DNA of 64,000 nucleotides, from contig JAFTRY010000007.1 of the NCBI GenBank assembly GCA_017462035.1, forward strand, positions 81,048 through 145,047, read 5' to 3'. Positions 30,192 through 39,855 of this stretch are shown here, one piece after another; the first letter of the stretch is position 1, and each line of letters starts with the position of its first letter. The position numbers and the translations under genes were made by a program. This DNA comes from Clostridia bacterium (GTDB lineage: Bacteria > Bacillota > Clostridia > Oscillospirales > CAG-272). The notes under the pieces are model-generated. The model did not search any database. It was not told the DNA's origin and was given only the letters and a program-made list of their open reading frames with translations.

Positions 30192-31205
30192 ATGACAAAC
30201 AAAGGTATATTTTTTGTAGCGTCAGGCGTTGCGGAACTTCGCGACAAGGAAATGCCCGACATCAGCGACAAGCCAAATTACATTATTGTAAAGACAATGA
30301 ATTCAAGCGTCAGCGCGGGTACGGAGCGAGCCAATCTGCTCGGCGATCCCTCAAATTCGGCAGGTACTCGGAAATTCCCCTGCCAGCTTGGTTACAGTCT
30401 CAGCGGTGTCGTTGTTCAGGTAGGCGAGAAGGTAACGCGAGTAAAGGTCGGCGACCGTGTTGCGTGCCGTTGGACGACTCATTCGCTCTACTGCGCGATG
30501 GACGAGGAACTGGCAACCGTTATCCCCGACAACGTTTCCTTTGAGGAAGCGTCGCTCACCAACATCGCTACTTTTCCTATGGCGGCGATCAGAAAATGCC
30601 GTCTTGAGCTTGCCGAGTCGGCTATCGTTATGGGGCTTGGTGTACTTGGAATCTTTGCTATCAAGGAATTAATGCTTGCGGGCGCGGCACCGATCATAGC
30701 CGTTGATCCCATTGCGGAGAAGAGAGAGCTTGCCTTGAGGCTTGGCGCGGACTACGCATTTGATCCTTTTGAAGAGGGCTTTGCGCAGAAGGTGAAGGAG
30801 ATCACGGGTGGCGGAGCAAAGGTTGCGATTGAAGTCACTGGCAAGGGACAGGGACTTGATATGGTACTTGACTGTATGGCTAAATTTGGTCGTGTAGCAC
30901 TCCTCGGATGCACGAGAAACTCCGACTTTACGATAGATTACTACCGCAAGGTGCACATCCCCGGAATTACCATGGTCGGTGCGCACACAAGCGCACGTCC
31001 GGATATCGAGTCTCACGATGGCTGGTGGACGCAGGCCGACGATATGAAGGCGACGCTCCGCTTGATCTCCCTCGGACGGTTTAACGTCAAGGAGCTTATC
31101 GAAGAAACGCATCTGCCCGAGGAATGTGCCGAGGTCTATGCGCGTTTGGCAAAGAGTCCGACCTTCCCAATCGTTCAGTTTGACTGGACCCGGCTTGAAG
31201 GATAA
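30192..31205 (+). CDS. Medium-chain dehydrogenase/reductase (zinc-type alcohol dehydrogenase-like) family oxidoreductase
   Basis: GroES-like N-terminus (GYSLSGVVVQVGEKVTRVKVGDRV) and Rossmann segment VMGLGVLGIFA. Confidence 0.8.
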   Translation: MTNKGIFFVASGVAELRDKEMPDISDKPNYIIVKTMNSSVSAGTERANLLGDPSNSAGTRKFPCQLGYSLSGVVVQVGEKVTRVKVGDRVACRWTTHSLYCAMDEELATVIPDNVSFEEASLTNIATFPMAAIRKCRLELAESAIVMGLGVLGIFAIKELMLAGAAPIIAVDPIAEKRELALRLGADYAFDPFEEGFAQKVKEITGGGAKVAIEVTGKGQGLDMVLDCMAKFGRVALLGCTRNSDFTIDYYRKVHIPGITMVGAHTSARPDIESHDGWWTQADDMKATLRLISLGRFNVKELIEETHLPEECAEVYARLAKSPTFPIVQFDWTRLEG

Positions 31206-31208
31206 TCA

Positions 31209-32210
31209 ATGAGAAAAATCAGAATTGCTCAGATAGGCATCAATCAATACAGTCACGGACCAGAGATGTTCACAAATCTCACACAGCTTCAAGAGCTTTT
31301 TGAGGTCGTGGGCTACGCCCTCGTCGAGGACGAAAGAGAGAGGTGTGCCGACAAGCTCCATGTCTTCGAGGGATACCCCGAGTTGACTCTTGAGGAGATA
31401 CTGAATGATGAAAGTATCGAAGCGGTGGCGGTTGAGGTCGACGAGATACACCTCAACAAATACACGCAGATGGCGGTAGACGCAGGCAAGCATATCCATA
31501 TGGAGAAGCCGGGAAGTCAGGATCTTGCTTCATTTGAAAGGCTTATTGAGAGTGTCAAGAAGAGCGGTAAGGTATTCCACATCGGATATATGTACCGCTA
31601 CAACGAGTATCTCGATGCAGCGGTCAAGGACGCGCAGGAGGGCAAATTCGGCGAGATATTCAGCGTCGAGGCACATATGTGCCGCTGGGACAACAAGACC
31701 ACGCGCGAGTGGCTTGGTACCTTTCGGGGCGGTATGATGTTCTACCTCGGCTGTCACCTCGTTGACCTCGTGCTCAGGATCCAGGGCACTCCCGACGAGA
31801 TCATTCCCGCAAACGTGTCATCGGGAATCTCGGGAGTTGAGAGCGAGGACGTAAGCTTTGCGATGCTCAGATATCCGCACGGTGTGTCGGTGATACGCAC
31901 CAGTGCCGTCGAGGTAGGAGGCTTTTTCCGCCGCCAGCTCGTGATCTGCGGCTCGAAGCGTACACTTGAGATCAAGCCCATCGAGGGTATTGAAAACGGA
32001 CTTTATACCGAGCAAACAGACACGGTTATGAAGGGTGACAAAGGCAGCCGCGGCGAGGTCGAGCACAAGAGAAGTCAGCCATTCAGCCGATACCACAAAA
32101 TGCTCTCGTCGTTCGCGGCTATGGTGCGGGGCGAATGCGAGAATCCCTATACTCCCGACTACGAGCTTGAGCTTTTCAAAACTCTGCTCAAGTGCTGTGG
32201 CGTAGAATAA
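31209..32210 (+). CDS. Gfo/Idh/MocA family oxidoreductase
   Basis: N-terminal IRIAQIGINQYSHG, then HIHMEKP (EKP motif). Only 3 nt separate it from the upstream gene. Confidence 0.85.
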   Translation: MRKIRIAQIGINQYSHGPEMFTNLTQLQELFEVVGYALVEDERERCADKLHVFEGYPELTLEEILNDESIEAVAVEVDEIHLNKYTQMAVDAGKHIHMEKPGSQDLASFERLIESVKKSGKVFHIGYMYRYNEYLDAAVKDAQEGKFGEIFSVEAHMCRWDNKTTREWLGTFRGGMMFYLGCHLVDLVLRIQGTPDEIIPANVSSGISGVESEDVSFAMLRYPHGVSVIRTSAVEVGGFFRRQLVICGSKRTLEIKPIEGIENGLYTEQTDTVMKGDKGSRGEVEHKRSQPFSRYHKMLSSFAAMVRGECENPYTPDYELELFKTLLKCCGVE

Positions 32211-32232
32211 TGTAAAAAATAAGGATAAAAAT

Positions 32233-33216
32233 ATGAAAGCAATACTTGTAAACGAAGACAAGAGCCTTCGCTGGGACGATGTTCCCACCGCGGTATGCGG
32301 CGACGAGGACGTTCTTGTAAAAATCGAAGCAGCGGCACTTAACCGCGCCGACCTTATGCAACGAGAGGGCGACTATCCTCCTCCTCCCGGTTGCCCTGAC
32401 TGGATGGGACTTGAGGTCGCGGGAACTATTATCGAGGTCGGCAGCATTGCCGCGGAAAAATCGAATTGGAAGATAGGAGACAAAGTTTGCGCTCTGCTTG
32501 GCGGCGGCGGTTATGCTGAGTACGTCAACGTAAAATACGATATGTGTATGCCCGTGCCAAAGAATTGCTCTATAGTCGAGGCGGCGGCTATCCCCGAAGC
32601 ATTTGCGACAGCTTATCTCAATCTCTTTATTGAGGGCAAGATCAAGGAGGGCAACACGCTTCTTATGCACGCGGGTGCCAGCGGTCTTGCAAGCGTGATC
32701 ATACCGATGGCAAAGGCGTTTGGCGTTCGCGTGATAACCTCGGTGCTTTCCGACGAGATCGCGGCATCAATAAGCCATCTTGGTGCCGACGTTATTATAA
32801 ACTCATCAAAGCAAAGAGTAGCCGACGTGCTGAAGGCAGAGCTTGAAGCGGGACACGGCGTTGACGTTGCCATCGATTGCCTTGGCGGTAGCTTTATGGG
32901 TGAGTGTCTTCCTTATCTTACACACGGTGCGCGTTGGATTATGATTGCCGCGCTTGCGGGCACGAAGACCGAGATCGACCTCAAAAACATATACGTCCGC
33001 AACGTTCGCATCATCGGAAGCACACTGCGCTCGCGGACACCCGGGGTCAAAGCCGAGATACTTGCAGGCATCGTGCGCGATGTCTATCCCAAGATCGAGC
33101 AGGGACTTGTAAAGCCGACTATCCATGCAATTCTTCCCATTGAGGAAGCGGAGGCAGCTCACGATATACTCTACCGAGGACAGAACGTGGGTAAAGTTGT
33201 TCTAACTGTAAAATAA
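32233..33216 (+). CDS. NAD(P)H:quinone oxidoreductase, zeta-crystallin/PIG3 type
   Basis: VLVKIEAAALNRADLMQREGDYPPPPG, GLEVAGTIIEVG, HAGASGLAS, and a C-terminal GKVVLTV. Confidence 0.85.
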   Translation: MKAILVNEDKSLRWDDVPTAVCGDEDVLVKIEAAALNRADLMQREGDYPPPPGCPDWMGLEVAGTIIEVGSIAAEKSNWKIGDKVCALLGGGGYAEYVNVKYDMCMPVPKNCSIVEAAAIPEAFATAYLNLFIEGKIKEGNTLLMHAGASGLASVIIPMAKAFGVRVITSVLSDEIAASISHLGADVIINSSKQRVADVLKAELEAGHGVDVAIDCLGGSFMGECLPYLTHGARWIMIAALAGTKTEIDLKNIYVRNVRIIGSTLRSRTPGVKAEILAGIVRDVYPKIEQGLVKPTIHAILPIEEAEAAHDILYRGQNVGKVVLTVK

Positions 33217-33436
33217 AGCGTAGGGGACTGTTTAGCTTCGGGTACTAAAAGATATTTTTTCAAGAATGCGGTATATCTCAAAAGAGGTATGCCGTATTCT
33301 TGCTTTTTGTTACTATTTGTGCTATAATAAACTCAACGAAGAGTTGAATGAAGCTCATTTTTAAGTCGCTTCTTTTTGTGTAAATAGTATGCGATAATAT
33401 AACCACAAACCAATTACCTAAAATGGAGGTTTGATC

Positions 33437-34561
33437 ATGAAAGAAACAATGGGACAGATCATACGCAGATTGCGTAAAGAACGGAATCTTACACAAGAAG
33501 AACTCGCCGAACAGCTTGGCGTTACTTTTCAGGCTATTTCAAAATGGGAAACCGATACCGGAATGCCCGATATTTCGCAGGTCGTCCCGATAGCGCATGT
33601 GTTTGGCGTGAGTACTGACGTTTTGTTCGGAACATTTGGGGCGAATGATACGGAAGAAGTTTGGAAAATCGTCAACAATGCGCAAGCACGTCTTTCGCGC
33701 CCACTTACCTCAACAAGTCTTTATCAAAAATATCTTGCTATAAAAGAAGGTTTGAAGCTATATCCAAACAATACAATACTGCTTATGCATTGTTTGGAGA
33801 CTGGTATTGCGCTTTCTTATCCTGAAAACGACGAGCTTTATGATCCTGAACACGCAGAGGATATCTACAAAGAATGTGTTAGATATGCTAATCTTGTTAT
33901 TTCTTATACAAAAAATATTTCAGAAGTTTTGCGTGCTCATATGATCATGGTTATTTTACATTCCGCATACGGAAATTTTGAAAAAGCATGGTTCCATGCA
34001 GAACAGTTTCCGTACCGTGCCGACTTTAATAATCATGTAATGTATGCTTATTATGCACATTGGAAAAAAGATTACGAGCGAGAAGCCCAAAGCTGTCAAT
34101 ATGGCTTTTTGCATTATCTTGAAGGAATGTTGAATATAAACGTAAGACTTGCAAAAAGCTATATGTTACAAGAAAAATATAAAGATGCGGCAAGTGTCTT
34201 GGAAACCTCTCTTGAATTGATACAATGTATTTTCAAAGGTAATGAAGTTATGCCGCCGATTCATCACCGTGAACACGGAGATATATATGCGCTCCTTGCA
34301 GAGATCAATTTAATGGATGGAAATCCTGACAAAGCACTATCCTATCTTGAAAAAATGGTCGATTACGATTTAAACGATTATGCAACAATTGATGGTAATA
34401 CTCAAACAAAATCTCCGATTTTGAATTCAATTCCTCATGGATTGTACCGAAGGAGGATTGATAGACATCAAAATTTAGTAACCAAGCTTACAGATGCACG
34501 CTTTGAAGCCTTAAAAGCAACCGAACGATATCAAAAATTGATCGATCTGGTCAATGAATGA
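33437..34561 (+). CDS. XRE-family HTH transcriptional regulator with a long helical-repeat (TPR-like) C-terminal domain (RRNPP-like architecture)
   Basis: N-terminal IIRRLRKERNLTQEELAEQLGVTFQAISKWE. About 300 aa of helical repeat sequence follows. ATG at 33437 lies 7 nt after GGAGG. Confidence 0.75.
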   Translation: MKETMGQIIRRLRKERNLTQEELAEQLGVTFQAISKWETDTGMPDISQVVPIAHVFGVSTDVLFGTFGANDTEEVWKIVNNAQARLSRPLTSTSLYQKYLAIKEGLKLYPNNTILLMHCLETGIALSYPENDELYDPEHAEDIYKECVRYANLVISYTKNISEVLRAHMIMVILHSAYGNFEKAWFHAEQFPYRADFNNHVMYAYYAHWKKDYEREAQSCQYGFLHYLEGMLNINVRLAKSYMLQEKYKDAASVLETSLELIQCIFKGNEVMPPIHHREHGDIYALLAEINLMDGNPDKALSYLEKMVDYDLNDYATIDGNTQTKSPILNSIPHGLYRRRIDRHQNLVTKLTDARFEALKATERYQKLIDLVNE

Positions 34562-34674
34562 TAGTAGTCTCCAACAAGTATAACAACTTGTTGGAGGCTT
34601 GTTCTTTATTAAATTGCACCACTATATTCAGTAGTGAGTAAGTGCGCACTTGCAGGTTGACATAAGAATAGAAG

Positions 34675-34744
34675 AAAAAATTCCTCCTATTTTTCAAAAA
34701 ACTATTGCATTTGTGGGAAAAGTGTGTTATAATACCATTTGTTT
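34675..34744 (+). promoter_or_regulatory. Copy B: promoter of tRNA-Val(GAC) (TTGCAT - 17 nt - TATAAT with TGTG extension)
   Basis: ACTATTGCATTTGTGGGAAAAGTGTGTTATAAT ends about 12 nt before the tRNA 5' end. It is similar to 29966-30060. Confidence 0.65.
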
Positions 34745-34821
34745 GGAGGCATAGCTCAGCTGGTTAGAGTGCATGCTTGACATGCATGAGGTCACTGGTT
34801 CGATTCCAGTTGTCTCCACCA
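34745..34821 (+). tRNA. tRNA-Val (anticodon GAC)
   Basis: GGAGGCATAGCTCAGCTGGTTAGAGTGCATGCTTGACATGCATGAGGTCACTGGTTCGATTCCAGTTGTCTCCACCA forms a perfect cloverleaf, and CCA is encoded. Confidence 0.92.
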
Positions 34822-34824
34822 ATA

Positions 34825-34854
34825 AAAATCCCCCCGTGTAACGGGGGGATTTTT
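34825..34854 (+). terminator. Rho-independent terminator after tRNA-Val(GAC)
   Basis: AAAAATCCCCCCGT-GTA-ACGGGGGGATTTTT. Confidence 0.8.
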
Positions 34855-34896
34855 ATCTCAATGAAATATGCAAGAAAGGGGGTTGAAAATTATTTG

Positions 34897-36450
34897 CTAT
34901 TCCACACGGGATAGAAGCTCTTTAATTTTTACGGATCCCGTGAGGATCAAGAAAACAAAATACAGCAGAACCGTAAGAATTATATGCGCTGTCAACTGCC
35001 AGGGAGAATCAACACAAGCATGAAAATACCGCAACAACCAACGAATTATCCAAGTAGCTACTACAATGGAAAGCATTGGTTTGATGACCCAATTCATCAA
35101 ATGTGTTTTTACTTTGGTTACCGAAAAAAGTCTATAAATGCTCAGTGTCGCGTTTACAATTTCGGTAAAGTACACCGTAATGATATATCCGTTAATGCCA
35201 CACTGAGGAAGTAGGATCCAAACCAAAATGACGGAAAGGAAAGAATCTACGATATTTACGCCCATACAGTATACTTGCTCTCCCATGCCTTTCAGAATGG
35301 AATCGGTGGACGTATCCAGGTACATCACGGGAATCAGGGGAGCGACCATTAAAATATATTTGCTGGCGTTCGTGTTAGGGTAAATCAAAGAGCCCAATTC
35401 ATAGGAAAAACACATCATGATTCCCGCGCAGCCAATGGCAAAGACCAGAACGGCATGAAATACACGCTGTATGATTCTACCCACGCGCGCGCGGTCTCCT
35501 ACCGCCACAGATTCCGCAATTTCTGGTACCAAAAGACCCGCAAAGGATCCGGATAAAGCAGAGGGGAAGAGAACAAGAGGAAATACCATACTGTGTACCA
35601 CACCGTAGGATGCCAAGGATTGGTCTCTGCTATTCCCGCTTCGTTCCAATCCCCAGGGGATCAGCATGTGCTCAATAGTAACCAAACCAGACCGTACATA
35701 AGCACTGAACGCAACAGGAAGAGCGGTTTGAAAGATTTTTCTTTCGATTTTTTTCTTCTCACCGGAACCGATTTTCTCGTCGGAGTGTTTTTTCTTCTCC
35801 AGCCGATAAAGAATCCATTGGAGCAAAAAGGAAAGAACCTCCGACAGAGCGCCTCCCAGCACCACAGCAACACACGCGCCCTCTACATCTTTTGCCGTAA
35901 ACAATCCAACGAACAAAATGCAGGCATAGATACGTATCACTTGACCTACTACCTGTACTACCGCATTTTTATATACACGGCGTACGGCAGTAAAATAGCC
36001 GCTGAGCACGGAGGAAAACGCAATTGGAGGAAGCGTAAAGGCAAGTATTTGTAACGGTAGAATGGTACGGCTGTCATGTAGCAGACGCTCTCCAATCAAC
36101 GGTGCAAACAAAAACAGAACAGCCGCACTGCCAAAGCTAAAGCAAAGTGCATAAACAGTGCATTTTCGTACTGTGCAAATCACACGAGGATTGTCCTGAG
36201 GTGCCCGGGCAGACTCTGCGTTCATGCCAGCCGCTTCCGCTACCAATCTTGTAGTAGCCAGTCCGATTCCGGAGGTTGCTACAGTAATAGCAAAGCCGTA
36301 AACGGTGGAAATTAATGTAAACAACCCCATTGTAACAGCACCGATCCGATTGGATAGATAAACATTGAAGCTGACGGCAACCGATCGGATCAGCAATGAA
36401 ACCAGGGTAATAAGAATTCCATTCCACATGAATTGTTTGAATTTTGTCAT
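34897..36450 (-). CDS. spoVB: SpoVB-like polysaccharide/lipid II flippase (MOP/MurJ superfamily)
   Basis: A polytopic membrane protein of more than 12 TM segments. The N-terminus FMWNGILITLVSLLIRSVAVSFNVYLSNRIG is typical of SpoVB/MurJ-like proteins. The start is ambiguous (36450 is preferred, and the track gives 36489). Confidence 0.7.
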   Translation of the reverse strand: MTKFKQFMWNGILITLVSLLIRSVAVSFNVYLSNRIGAVTMGLFTLISTVYGFAITVATSGIGLATTRLVAEAAGMNAESARAPQDNPRVICTVRKCTVYALCFSFGSAAVLFLFAPLIGERLLHDSRTILPLQILAFTLPPIAFSSVLSGYFTAVRRVYKNAVVQVVGQVIRIYACILFVGLFTAKDVEGACVAVVLGGALSEVLSFLLQWILYRLEKKKHSDEKIGSGEKKKIERKIFQTALPVAFSAYVRSGLVTIEHMLIPWGLERSGNSRDQSLASYGVVHSMVFPLVLFPSALSGSFAGLLVPEIAESVAVGDRARVGRIIQRVFHAVLVFAIGCAGIMMCFSYELGSLIYPNTNASKYILMVAPLIPVMYLDTSTDSILKGMGEQVYCMGVNIVDSFLSVILVWILLPQCGINGYIITVYFTEIVNATLSIYRLFSVTKVKTHLMNWVIKPMLSIVVATWIIRWLLRYFHACVDSPWQLTAHIILTVLLYFVFLILTGSVKIKELLSRVE

Positions 36451-36715
36451 AAATAACAGTGCCTCTATGTACATATTTTTTATTTTCATTATATGATTCT
36501 GAAATCATCAAATAGAATTTTGAGATAAAGAAACTTTTTATATGTCAAATCGCACGGAATTTACATTTTTCTATGGGATAAAACTGTGCCGACTTACAAA
36601 ATTATCCAAACATTTCATTTATCACAAAAAAACACCTTGACAAGAAGGCGGAGAGGGATTATGATATATAGTGTTGAAAACAAAAGATCTTATACCTAAA
36701 ATTATGGAGGAAAAA

Positions 36716-36901
36716 ATGAAATACGTGTGTGAACTGTGCGGTTATCTGTACAAGCCCGAGAACGGCGATCCCGAGAACGATGTTCAACCGGGAACCGATT
36801 TTGAAGATATACCCGCTGAATGGTGCTGTCCACTCTGCGGAGCCATGAAGGAGGATTTTGAACCTATCTCTTCCTCTGATTACGATGTTTCGGAATTTTA
36901 A
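36716..36901 (+). CDS. Rubredoxin
   Basis: [19 protein letters not shown]...[11 protein letters not shown] contains two CxxC pairs. GGAGG lies upstream of the ATG at 36716. Confidence 0.9.
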   Translation: MKYVCELCGYLYKPENGDPENDVQPGTDFEDIPAEWCCPLCGAMKEDFEPISSSDYDVSEF

Positions 36902-37087
36902 ACCGAAACATCTCATACGGTAAAAATGCAGACTTTCGCAAATGATTGCGTGAGTCTTTTTTTGATGCTAATTTGCGAATGATGCGAATGGTAGCGACAC
37001 AAAAAACTTGACAAAAATACAAGGTCGGTGTTATACTATATGTATTGCTACTATATGATAAAGGAATTGGGGATAGGAATCAAAATC

Positions 37088-39616
37088 ATGAAAAAAATGT
37101 TAGTTGTTGACGGCAATAGTATTCTGAATCGGGCATTTTACGGAATTCGTTTGCTTACCAATAAAGATGGGCTTTATACCAACGCCGTTTACGGAATGAT
37201 AAATATTCTTTCCCGCCATCTGGAACAGCTCCATCCCGATTACTGTGCCGTGGCATTCGATTTAAAGGCACCTACGTTCCGCCACAAAATGTACGACGGC
37301 TATAAAGCAAACCGCAAAGGAATGCCGGATGAGTTAGCTGTTCAGCTTCCATATGCCAAGGAATGTATGAAGCATCTCGGGCTAAATGTAATCACCTGTG
37401 AAGGATATGAGGCAGATGACATCCTCGGAACACTGGCAGCCGTTTACGGAAAAGAGAATACACATGTATATATACTGACCGGTGACCGAGACTCCTTGCA
37501 ACTAATCACGCCCAATGTGTCGGTGTTGCTGGTGAAAACAAAAGAAACACTCGAAATGACTCCCGAGGCTTTTTTTGCGGAGTATGGTATCCCATCCTCT
37601 GAATTTGTTGATGTGAAAGCGCTGATGGGAGATAGCTCCGACAATATTCCCGGTGTGGCAGGAATTGGAGAAAAAACGGCACTGAAACTTATTGCGCAAT
37701 ACCATTCTATTGAGGAACTTTATGATGGTCTGACTACCTCTACGCTTACGGAAAATACCAAGAAAAAGCTTTTGGATGGAAAGGACATGGCTGAGCTTTC
37801 CCGTACGCTAGCAAAGATTTGCTGCGAGGTACCAATCGATACCGATCCAAGTCACTATCGCTATGAAGGTCCCAACGTGACAGAGCTGAGAGACTTGTTT
37901 GTTCAGCTTGATTTTACGGCTCTGATAAAAAAATTCGGGTTAGAGGACGCGGTTGAATCAAAGAAAACCGAAAGCCATCCAGAAGAAAAGCCGATCGTTT
38001 CGGTATGCCAATCCTTGAGCGAGCTAACAGGTACCCTCTGTTTTGTGTCGCTCTCAGAGAATACCGTTGAAATTTTTGATGGAGTCAACTATATCGAATG
38101 GCATTATCAAGAATGTGACGTATGTGATTGGAATAGATGGATCCAAGGTAAAAGCTTAGTTTGTCATGATTCTAAACAGCTATATAAAACTCTATCTTCT
38201 CTGGGACTCTCTATCCCTACGGTGTCCTTTGATATTATGCTTGCCGCCTACGTATTGGATTCGGGACGAACCAACTATTCCTTGGAGGAATTATGCATCC
38301 GTTATCTGAACGAACCTCTTTCTAAGGAAATGCCTATAACGCTCTCCCTGGCTCGGTTGTATCCGATTTTAAAGGGAGAAATCCAAAGCTCAAGATTTGA
38401 TTCACTTTTATATGAAATCGAAATGCCCCTGGCTTTGGTGCTGGCTGACATGGAACATCTTGGATTTAAAGTCGATTGCGACGGAATTGAGCGCTACGGC
38501 ATGGAATTAAAGGAAGCGGCGGATACCCTGCAGGAACGCATCTATTGCTATGCGGGAGAAGAATTCAATATCAGCTCTCCCAAACAATTGGGGGAGATCC
38601 TATTTGAAAAAATGAGTCTACCCAAATTTAAGAAAACCAAAACCGGATACTCTACCGATGCTGAAACGCTTCAAAAATTAATCCCGTATCACCCAATTAT
38701 CGAAGACATTCTGGATTACCGCCAAGTAACCAAGCTAAAGTCTACCTACGCTGACGGCTTAATCAAGGCGGCTGATTCAGAAAATCGAGTGCACAGTATA
38801 TTCAATCAAACCGGTACGGCAACCGGACGCCTCTCTTCCTCGGAGCCCAATTTGCAGAATATCCCCGTACGTACTGAATTGGGAAGGGAATTCAGGAAGT
38901 TCTTTATCCCAAAGAATAAGGATTATTTGCTGATTGATGCCGACTATTCTCAAATTGAATTGCGCCTTCTGGCACACATTGCCAATGATTCCGCCATGAT
39001 CGATCTATTCTTATCCGGAAAGGATATTCACACCATGACAGCGGCAAAGGTGTTTCATGTACCACCGGAACAGGTAACAGCTGATCTCCGCAAAAAGGCA
39101 AAAGCCGTCAATTTCGGTATTATGTACGGAATTGGAGAATATTCACTCTCCGAGGACCTATCCATTTCCCGTGCGGAAGCCAAAGAATACATCGAAAACT
39201 ATTTTGCCCAGTTTCCCAGTATCCGAGAGTATTTAGACCGAGTACAGGTCGAGGCAAAGGAAAGCGGTTACGCCACCACGTTTTTCGGACGAAGACGTTA
39301 TATTCCCGAAATCCTTTCCTCCAATAAAAATCTCCAACACTTTGGAGAGCGAGTCGCCATGAATAGTCCTATTCAGGGAAGTGCATCAGATATCATCAAA
39401 ATTGCCATGATCTCTGTCGCCAAAGAGCTTTCCGAAAGGAAGCTGGACGCGAGTCTCATTCTACAGGTACACGATGAACTGCTAATCGAGTCCCATAGGG
39501 ATTGCGCAGAAGAGGTACAGAAGATACTCATCAAGTGTATGGAAAGTGCCGCTGATTTGACCGTACCGCTATTGGTAGATGCTCATATCGGAAAGACATG
39601 GTTTGACGCAAAATAA
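37088..39616 (+). CDS. polA: DNA polymerase I
   Basis: 5' nuclease domain LVVDGNSILNRAFYG and GDSSDNIPGVAGIGEKTA. Polymerase motifs DYSQIELRLLAH, AKAVNFGIMYG and QVHDELL. Confidence 0.95.
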   Translation: MKKMLVVDGNSILNRAFYGIRLLTNKDGLYTNAVYGMINILSRHLEQLHPDYCAVAFDLKAPTFRHKMYDGYKANRKGMPDELAVQLPYAKECMKHLGLNVITCEGYEADDILGTLAAVYGKENTHVYILTGDRDSLQLITPNVSVLLVKTKETLEMTPEAFFAEYGIPSSEFVDVKALMGDSSDNIPGVAGIGEKTALKLIAQYHSIEELYDGLTTSTLTENTKKKLLDGKDMAELSRTLAKICCEVPIDTDPSHYRYEGPNVTELRDLFVQLDFTALIKKFGLEDAVESKKTESHPEEKPIVSVCQSLSELTGTLCFVSLSENTVEIFDGVNYIEWHYQECDVCDWNRWIQGKSLVCHDSKQLYKTLSSLGLSIPTVSFDIMLAAYVLDSGRTNYSLEELCIRYLNEPLSKEMPITLSLARLYPILKGEIQSSRFDSLLYEIEMPLALVLADMEHLGFKVDCDGIERYGMELKEAADTLQERIYCYAGEEFNISSPKQLGEILFEKMSLPKFKKTKTGYSTDAETLQKLIPYHPIIEDILDYRQVTKLKSTYADGLIKAADSENRVHSIFNQTGTATGRLSSSEPNLQNIPVRTELGREFRKFFIPKNKDYLLIDADYSQIELRLLAHIANDSAMIDLFLSGKDIHTMTAAKVFHVPPEQVTADLRKKAKAVNFGIMYGIGEYSLSEDLSISRAEAKEYIENYFAQFPSIREYLDRVQVEAKESGYATTFFGRRRYIPEILSSNKNLQHFGERVAMNSPIQGSASDIIKIAMISVAKELSERKLDASLILQVHDELLIESHRDCAEEVQKILIKCMESAADLTVPLLVDAHIGKTWFDAK

Positions 39617-39717
39617 ATGGATTGTTTGTTAAAAAATATTTTTTGGGTATTTTGGGTTTTATTTACTTAATTACTTAAAAAATATTGTGAAAAAATAAGC
39701 AAATTTCTAAAAAAATA

Positions 39718-39746
39718 TGGACAAAAATCGCTTTTTGTAGTATAAT
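39718..39746 (+). promoter_or_regulatory. Putative sigma-A promoter of the hydrogenase-sensor operon
   Basis: TGGACA - 17 nt - TATAAT with a TG at -15/-14. A leader of about 100 nt with a GATGGAGGA/TTCTCCATC hairpin follows. Confidence 0.5.
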
Positions 39747-39855
39747 GATCAGAGAGATGATGGAGGAGTTTGCGTATTTCTGTAGATTTCCGTTCTCCAT
39801 CCTTGTCCTGTGCGTGTTCGGCGAATCTGTTGTGAGTAAATAAAGGAGATTCAAA

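Noticed and set aside
30134-30544. A 136-aa plus-strand ORF overlapping the start of the MDR dehydrogenase gene in another frame.
   Set aside because: It is an Arg- and Lys-rich out-of-frame translation of a G+C-rich gene. The in-frame dehydrogenase has GroES-like and Rossmann motifs.
34562-34744. An 11-codon minus-strand mini-ORF (MSTCKCALTHY), considered as a possible signalling pro-peptide for the HTH-TPR regulator.
   Set aside because: It has no Shine-Dalgarno sequence and no signal or export features. It lies on the opposite strand inside the tRNA promoter region and is too short to judge.
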